Below are positions 44,150 through 48,397 of a stretch of 48,397 nt of DNA, piece after piece. Under the pieces are notes generated by a model. The model was given only the letters and a program-made list of their open reading frames with translations. It was not told the origin of the DNA and made no database searches. Made by a program: the position numbers and the translations under genes. Source of the DNA: Candidatus Poseidoniia archaeon (GTDB lineage Archaea; Thermoplasmatota; Poseidoniia; MGIII; CG-Epi1); the NCBI GenBank assembly GCA_022449785.1, contig JAKURQ010000005.1:1-48397 (forward strand), read 5' to 3'. Within the stretch, counting starts at the first letter, position 1. Every line of letters starts with the position of its first letter.

Positions 44150-45436
44150 TTACAGGTTCGTCATTAATTCGTTTAATCTCCAAAGGAAAAAGATAGCAAA
44201 GATTAGTGCAAAAACTTGCCAATTTTCTCTTAGAGCTTCACTCCATGTTCTTTTTGACATGGTAAGTAATGGCTCTATACTGGTGAAAAGCCCAACAAAC
44301 AATATGTAAACAGTAGCTAGAATAATCAAAAATCCTATACCTGGTGTGTATGCTACGTTATCTCTGTAGAATTCATTATCTATTAACGTAATACATTCTA
44401 TTTCTCCCCATATTCTTGGTTCCTCCATCCAACATTTGCCCATATTCTCTTCATCTCCTAATAGGTGACTGTCAGATTCTATTGCATTATCGATTAAAGA
44501 TGTGAAAATTAGTAAACTTGCCATTGTAGTTACTAAACATAAAGTAAAGAATATTGCAATCCCTCTTCTGTATTTTTCAGCTCTGAAATTTAAAATAAAG
44601 ACTATAAAACAAAATAATGCAGATAATGTTAAAAGTTGTTCCATAGTGCCAAAAAGAGTGCTACGATAGTTACAGTTATACACCTTCATGACATTATCAG
44701 TACATTGTGGATTTTCATAAATTTCAGCATTTTCATCCAATTCTTCGGCCTGCACACCATCTGTAGATTCAGTTTCCCAATAATCAGAAAAGTAGTTAGC
44801 TTTGAATTCCTCATCCACTAGCCAAGCAGTCTCATCTCCATATACAGTAACACCTTCAACGTGTAGCCAGGCTTGAGTTGGCCCTATCAATAAACACGCT
44901 AAACAAATTAGCGAAATTATTTGGATGCCTCTATCAGCTTCAGCATTAAAATCTTTGAAAGAAAATTTAAATCCATCAAACACAGATCCAGTTTGTTCAG
45001 TGTAAACTTTGTCTTCACCTAGTTTATCATAGTCCACATTTTCAGTACCCTTATCTTCTTCTAAACTCTTCTTAAAATCAGTTACAAATTCATCTTCTTC
45101 ATATAGAACACTTCTTATTTTTTTTCGTTCCCAATACAAAGCCCCGCCAACAATTGCAAGTATAGCAAAAACCAATTGTTGAGCAAGATTTATCTTGGAT
45201 ATTTTATCTAAATATTTAATTTCTTCTTTGGATATTTCACTATCAATACAGCCATCCTCATCTAAATCTTGATCAGGTGCTGGTTTTTCTCTAGGACATT
45301 CATCTTTGTTATCAGTTATACCATCGCCATCACTATCTGTAGTAATTAACGTGGGTTCGTCGTTTCCTGCATAATATGGAAAAATTGCGATTAAGAAGAA
45401 AGCGAATACAACTGCAAGAAATGGCCCATATTTCAT
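44150..45436 (-). CDS. Polytopic membrane protein with an N-terminal TSP3-like Ca-binding repeat, function unknown
   Basis: MKYGPFLAVVFAFFLIAIF signal/TM. DSDGDGITDNKDECP...DQDLDEDGCID. At least 5 further TM helices and Cys-containing loops. ATG 45436 gives an ATGA overlap with the upstream gene (the listed ORF extends to 45460). Confidence 0.55.
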   Translation of the reverse strand: MKYGPFLAVVFAFFLIAIFPYYAGNDEPTLITTDSDGDGITDNKDECPREKPAPDQDLDEDGCIDSEISKEEIKYLDKISKINLAQQLVFAILAIVGGALYWERKKIRSVLYEEDEFVTDFKKSLEEDKGTENVDYDKLGEDKVYTEQTGSVFDGFKFSFKDFNAEADRGIQIISLICLACLLIGPTQAWLHVEGVTVYGDETAWLVDEEFKANYFSDYWETESTDGVQAEELDENAEIYENPQCTDNVMKVYNCNYRSTLFGTMEQLLTLSALFCFIVFILNFRAEKYRRGIAIFFTLCLVTTMASLLIFTSLIDNAIESDSHLLGDEENMGKCWMEEPRIWGEIECITLIDNEFYRDNVAYTPGIGFLIILATVYILFVGLFTSIEPLLTMSKRTWSEALRENWQVFALIFAIFFLWRLNELMTNL

Positions 45437-45789
45437 TGTACTTCGCATTGACCATGGCAATGCCGCCTTTTAGCTATTAGTTTGTAAATGTAGTCTAAAA
45501 CATCCATCATCAAAGGAAGGTGGGCTAAGGCCCAGAGTGGTGTTGCCCACCAAATTTTTCTGCAAATATATACAATGGCTTTTGCACCACCATAAACTTT
45601 GTAATTATTTCCAATTACTTTCATTTCAGGAAAATCTTCTCCTTCCTTCACATCCAACAATTTCATAATTGTTTTGTTTTGTAATGGTTTAATTCTACAA
45701 TTTCGTTTTTCTAATGTGTCTTTGAAGGCATATGCTCCAGAAGTACAAAAATTACATGATGCATCATACAAGACCCATGTTCTTTTCAT
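45433..45789 (-). CDS. Thiol-disulfide oxidoreductase, DCC family (DUF393)
   Basis: WVLYDASCNFCTSGA matches the family's YDGxCxxC motif. About 118 aa. ATG 45789 gives an ATGA overlap with the upstream M50 gene (the listed ORF extends to 45810). Confidence 0.7.
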   Translation of the reverse strand: MKRTWVLYDASCNFCTSGAYAFKDTLEKRNCRIKPLQNKTIMKLLDVKEGEDFPEMKVIGNNYKVYGGAKAIVYICRKIWWATPLWALAHLPLMMDVLDYIYKLIAKRRHCHGQCEVQ

Positions 45790-46511
45790 GATAATGGTGC
45801 GATATTCCAATAAAGCATCGCAACAGAAAAGATTGCGGCAATAATTCCAAAGTAAGCATATTTACTCCAGACAATTATTTTAGATCCATCTAAAGGTTGT
45901 ATGGGAATCATATTAAATCCACCAAGAATTAGATTAATAATCACTATGAATCTTGCTAATTCACCAATTAAAGAGATAGGATAATCTAATCCAACAGTGA
46001 AGAAATAAATTGGGAAGGCAACTAAAGCAATAATAATATTTGAAATAGGACCAACAGCAGCAATAATTCCATTTTGCCTATCAGTTATTCTTCCTGAAAC
46101 CATTACAGCTCCAGGTGCAGCCAATAAAAAACCAAAACTAGACATTAATAAAGCAAAGTATAAACCGTTACGATTTCCTCTATATTCTGCCCAACATCCA
46201 TATTGTTGAGCCATCCATTTATGAGCTAGTTCATGAAGCAAAAATCCAGTCATAACAGCCCCAAAAGCTAGTGGCAGTGTATTGATTAGAATTTCAGGAT
46301 TTTTCATAACTGGTGATAATCCGTTGCTCAATGCAAGTGTGAATGCTACAGTTAATATTCCAATTGACTCAGCAAGCTGTTCTTTTTCATATTTAGAAAA
46401 AGACATTTTCGAATCAGGTCTTCGATTAATTTGAACAGGTTCTCCCCATCCATCAGACATTACGTACCTAACTTGATAATTCTGATTTCCACGTGACGGG
46501 TCTCTCCACAT
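45786..46511 (-). CDS. Site-2 protease family zinc metalloprotease (peptidase M50)
   Basis: HExxH in a TM helix (LHELAHKWMA) and GGFNMIPIQPLDGSKI (NxxPxxxLDG motif). Polytopic. Confidence 0.85.
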   Translation of the reverse strand: MWRDPSRGNQNYQVRYVMSDGWGEPVQINRRPDSKMSFSKYEKEQLAESIGILTVAFTLALSNGLSPVMKNPEILINTLPLAFGAVMTGFLLHELAHKWMAQQYGCWAEYRGNRNGLYFALLMSSFGFLLAAPGAVMVSGRITDRQNGIIAAVGPISNIIIALVAFPIYFFTVGLDYPISLIGELARFIVIINLILGGFNMIPIQPLDGSKIIVWSKYAYFGIIAAIFSVAMLYWNIAPLS

Positions 46512-46583
46512 TAATTGATTCTATACGTGGCGTATTAAGATAGTTATGCAACTAACAGTTTAAACAGCATTATAGTTCAGAAG

Positions 46584-46790
46584 ATGATGAACGAAGTTGA
46601 CACTCTTAAACAAAAGATTGAAGATGAAAGAATTAAGCACAAAAAAGAATTAGAAAGAATTAAAACTGAAAATTATGATGCACTAGAGGCATCTCAAACT
46701 CGTTACCAAGCTGAATTAGAAATACAGAGAACAAATTTCCAACGCCAAATTGAGGAATTGAAAGCTAAGCTTCAGTCATTTGAAGTTTAA
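46584..46790 (+). CDS. Small coiled-coil protein, function unknown
   Basis: 68 aa with a heptad-like charged sequence (KQKIEDERIKHKKELERIKTEN...QIEELKAKLQ). Confidence 0.4.
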   Translation: MMNEVDTLKQKIEDERIKHKKELERIKTENYDALEASQTRYQAELEIQRTNFQRQIEELKAKLQSFEV

Positions 46791-46835
46791 AGTCTCACAT
46801 AATATTAAATTCTAGCTTTCTAAGCAGAATTTTAA

Positions 46836-46913
46836 GCTCTCGTGGTGTAGTCCGGCCCATCATCTCGGCCTTTCGAGCCGAATACCCGGGTTCAAATCCC
46901 GGCGAGAGCACCA
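46836..46913 (+). tRNA. tRNA-Glu (anticodon TTC), encoded CCA
   Basis: GCTCTCG-TG-GTGTAGTCCGGCCCATCAT-C-TCGGC-CTTTCGA-GCCGA-ATAC-CCGGG-TTCAAAT-CCCGG-CGAGAGC-A-CCA. Confidence 0.92.
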
Positions 46914-47072
46914 TTTCCTTTCCAACCTTATATATATCACATCCAAAGTTTTTGTTTCGGGAGAAGCTAGGGTCGTCGTCATTCATGCAGTTGAATGTTC
47001 CCTAGCCTTCCAATTTTTTTGTTTTTGTTCATAGGCTTTCTTCATATAAGGGTTTGAAATGTTGTGAAATAG

Positions 47073-48005
47073 ATGGATCCTAAAGACCTTCGAAAAACAA
47101 TGGTAATCGCTATGTTCGGAGGAGTAGTGGTATCTTTTGCTCCAATTCTTTACGCACTCTCTAATGCAAATCCTCTAACTGGGGCTTTCTTTAGAATGTT
47201 GTACGCTATTCCATTTCTTCTAGTAATTATATTGTTTAGAAGAGCGAAAGATTCACGTTCAAGAAATACAAGATTGATTGCTCTTGTTGCAGGTTTTGCT
47301 TTTTCACTTGATTTCCTTGGTTACCATAGCACAGTCGATTGGATAGGTGCAGGAATAGGAACTTTGATTGGTAACTCCCAAGTAATAATAGTTACATTGA
47401 TGAGTTGGTGGTTATTTGGAGAACGTCCCAATCTTTCAATATTAATTTCATTACCAATTGTAATGATTGGATTATTTCTTATATCTGGAATTTTAGACGA
47501 TGATCCCTATGGTGAATATCCAGTTAGAGGTGTTATTGCAGGTATTTTTACAGCTATATTTTATTCAGCTTTTTTAATTATTTATAGATTTGCTAATAGA
47601 GAATTAGCACCTGCTGTTAATTTACAATTTGATTCAACAGTAGGATGTGCACTTGGACTTCTAATCCTTAGTTTTTTGCCCCTTCAATCTATACATGTTG
47701 AACCAATTGATTTTCAACCTTCATTACCTACACATGGTTGGTTACTGGCACTAGCTATTCTGAGCCAAGTTATGGGTTGGTTAGCTATTGCTTATTCTTT
47801 ACCTCGATTGCCTGCAGCTCATACCTCTTTTGCAATTCTTCTTCAGCCTACTTTTACAATACTTTGGGGAATCATTTTTCTATCCGAATCGCCTTCTTTT
47901 CAACAAGGGATAGGCATGTTTCTAATTCTTGGTTCTATTATTGGTGTAACAGTTTACGGTTCAGTTGATTCTTCTATAGAATCTGAGAATACGAAAGTTT
48001 TATGA
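47073..48005 (+). CDS. EamA/DMT-superfamily transporter (10 TM)
   Basis: 310 aa. Two homologous 5-TM halves typical of EamA domains. TATA-like CATATAAG about 26 nt upstream of the ATG. Confidence 0.8.
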   Translation: MDPKDLRKTMVIAMFGGVVVSFAPILYALSNANPLTGAFFRMLYAIPFLLVIILFRRAKDSRSRNTRLIALVAGFAFSLDFLGYHSTVDWIGAGIGTLIGNSQVIIVTLMSWWLFGERPNLSILISLPIVMIGLFLISGILDDDPYGEYPVRGVIAGIFTAIFYSAFLIIYRFANRELAPAVNLQFDSTVGCALGLLILSFLPLQSIHVEPIDFQPSLPTHGWLLALAILSQVMGWLAIAYSLPRLPAAHTSFAILLQPTFTILWGIIFLSESPSFQQGIGMFLILGSIIGVTVYGSVDSSIESENTKVL

Positions 48006-48027
48006 AAACCTAAATTAATTTAGGATT

Positions 48028-48216
48028 ATGTCTGAAGTGATGTGTATAGTTTGTAACGCAAAAGCATTTGAGATTGAAATTCAAGAAGATAGTGAAGAGA
48101 TTCCTGAATTGAAGAAAGGAAACAAGTACTGTTTAGAATGCTATGGCCCCATTCAAGAACAATTCAAGTTAACATTAGAAGATGTAGCAGATATTTCTTC
48201 TGTTAGCAAAGATTAA
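48028..48216 (+). CDS. Small acidic protein with a putative CxxC...CxxC zinc ribbon
   Basis: 62 aa. CIVCNAKAF ... KYCLECYG. Confidence 0.4.
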   Translation: MSEVMCIVCNAKAFEIEIQEDSEEIPELKKGNKYCLECYGPIQEQFKLTLEDVADISSVSKD

Positions 48217-48218
48217 CT

Positions 48219-48397
48219 TCAATTTTCATTAGTTAAATTTCTATATCTGTATAATGAAACAAGAATTAGTATTACCGTTATAGCAGTGAATACTGGAAGA
48301 AGTAGTTGTCTAAAATCCCAACATTGACTTGCACCTTCTGATTGTGGACATTCTGGATTCTGTGTATAACTAATATAGATTACAGCAGTGAACAGAA
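48219..48397 (-). CDS. 3' end (last 58 codons) of a gene entering from beyond the window; C-terminal TM anchor
   Basis: My translation of the reverse strand gives ...NPECPQSEGASQCWDFRQLLLPVFTAITVILILVSLYRYRNLTNEN-stop (TGA = tca at 48219-48221). It is absent from the ORF track because it is shorter than 60 aa. Confidence 0.3.
   Translation of the reverse strand, partial: LFTAVIYISYTQNPECPQSEGASQCWDFRQLLLPVFTAITVILILVSLYRYRNLTNEN

Noticed and set aside
44063-46913. An integrated element between tRNA-Leu and tRNA-Glu, since tRNA genes are frequent attachment sites.
   Set aside because: There is no integrase or recombinase, and I could not spot a duplicated tRNA 3' fragment (att repeat). The genes in between (M50 protease, DCC, a membrane protein, a small coiled-coil protein) show no viral or plasmid hallmarks, and the composition looks like the rest of the window.

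Overview
This is an AT-rich, tightly packed archaeal chromosome segment. Many genes overlap by 1-4 nt (ATGA or TAATG junctions). Intergenic spacers are short and carry TATA-like boxes about 26 nt upstream of start codons or tRNA 5' ends. Archaeal-type information genes are present: Rpo11/RpoL, Spt5/NusG, SecE, uL11, Trm1, TruD/Pus7, a THEP1-type NTPase, split GMP synthase subunit B, FtsZ, IleS and an intron-containing tRNA. They sit among bacterial-looking genes: endonuclease-type MutL, oligoribonuclease and a PhnCE-type ABC importer. The mix, together with many secreted or anchored surface proteins, fits a planktonic marine euryarchaeote such as Marine Group II, but that assignment is inference only. 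I call about 50 CDS and 3 tRNAs: tRNA(CAT) with a 31-nt intron, tRNA-Leu(TAA) and tRNA-Glu(TTC). I found no rRNA, CRISPR array, transposase, integrase or recognisable prophage or defence island.

The most interesting region is 6.6-12.5 kb. An operon encodes a lipoprotein made of two tandem lobes, and each lobe carries the hallmark sequence blocks and the full Asp/Tyr/Tyr/His ligand set of eukaryotic transferrin. It is followed by PhnC- and PhnE-type ABC components and an HmuY-like anchored protein. The operon is divergently paired with a DtxR-family (iron-type) repressor, and the shared promoter region holds three palindromes close to the classical DtxR/IdeR box. I read this as an iron-regulated, transferrin-like Fe(III) uptake system that homology transfer would probably mislabel as phosphonate transport.

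Other points worth a second look:
- An orphan Cas4-family nuclease interrupted by a two-helix membrane hairpin.
- A ~1800-aa secreted repeat protein coupled to a small TM protein.
- An S2P protease-DCC oxidoreductase-polytopic membrane protein chain.
- A lysine-rich, HEAT-containing protein of unknown function.
- A candidate small RNA downstream of tRNA-Glu.

All functional calls come from motifs read in the supplied translations. No database search was possible.
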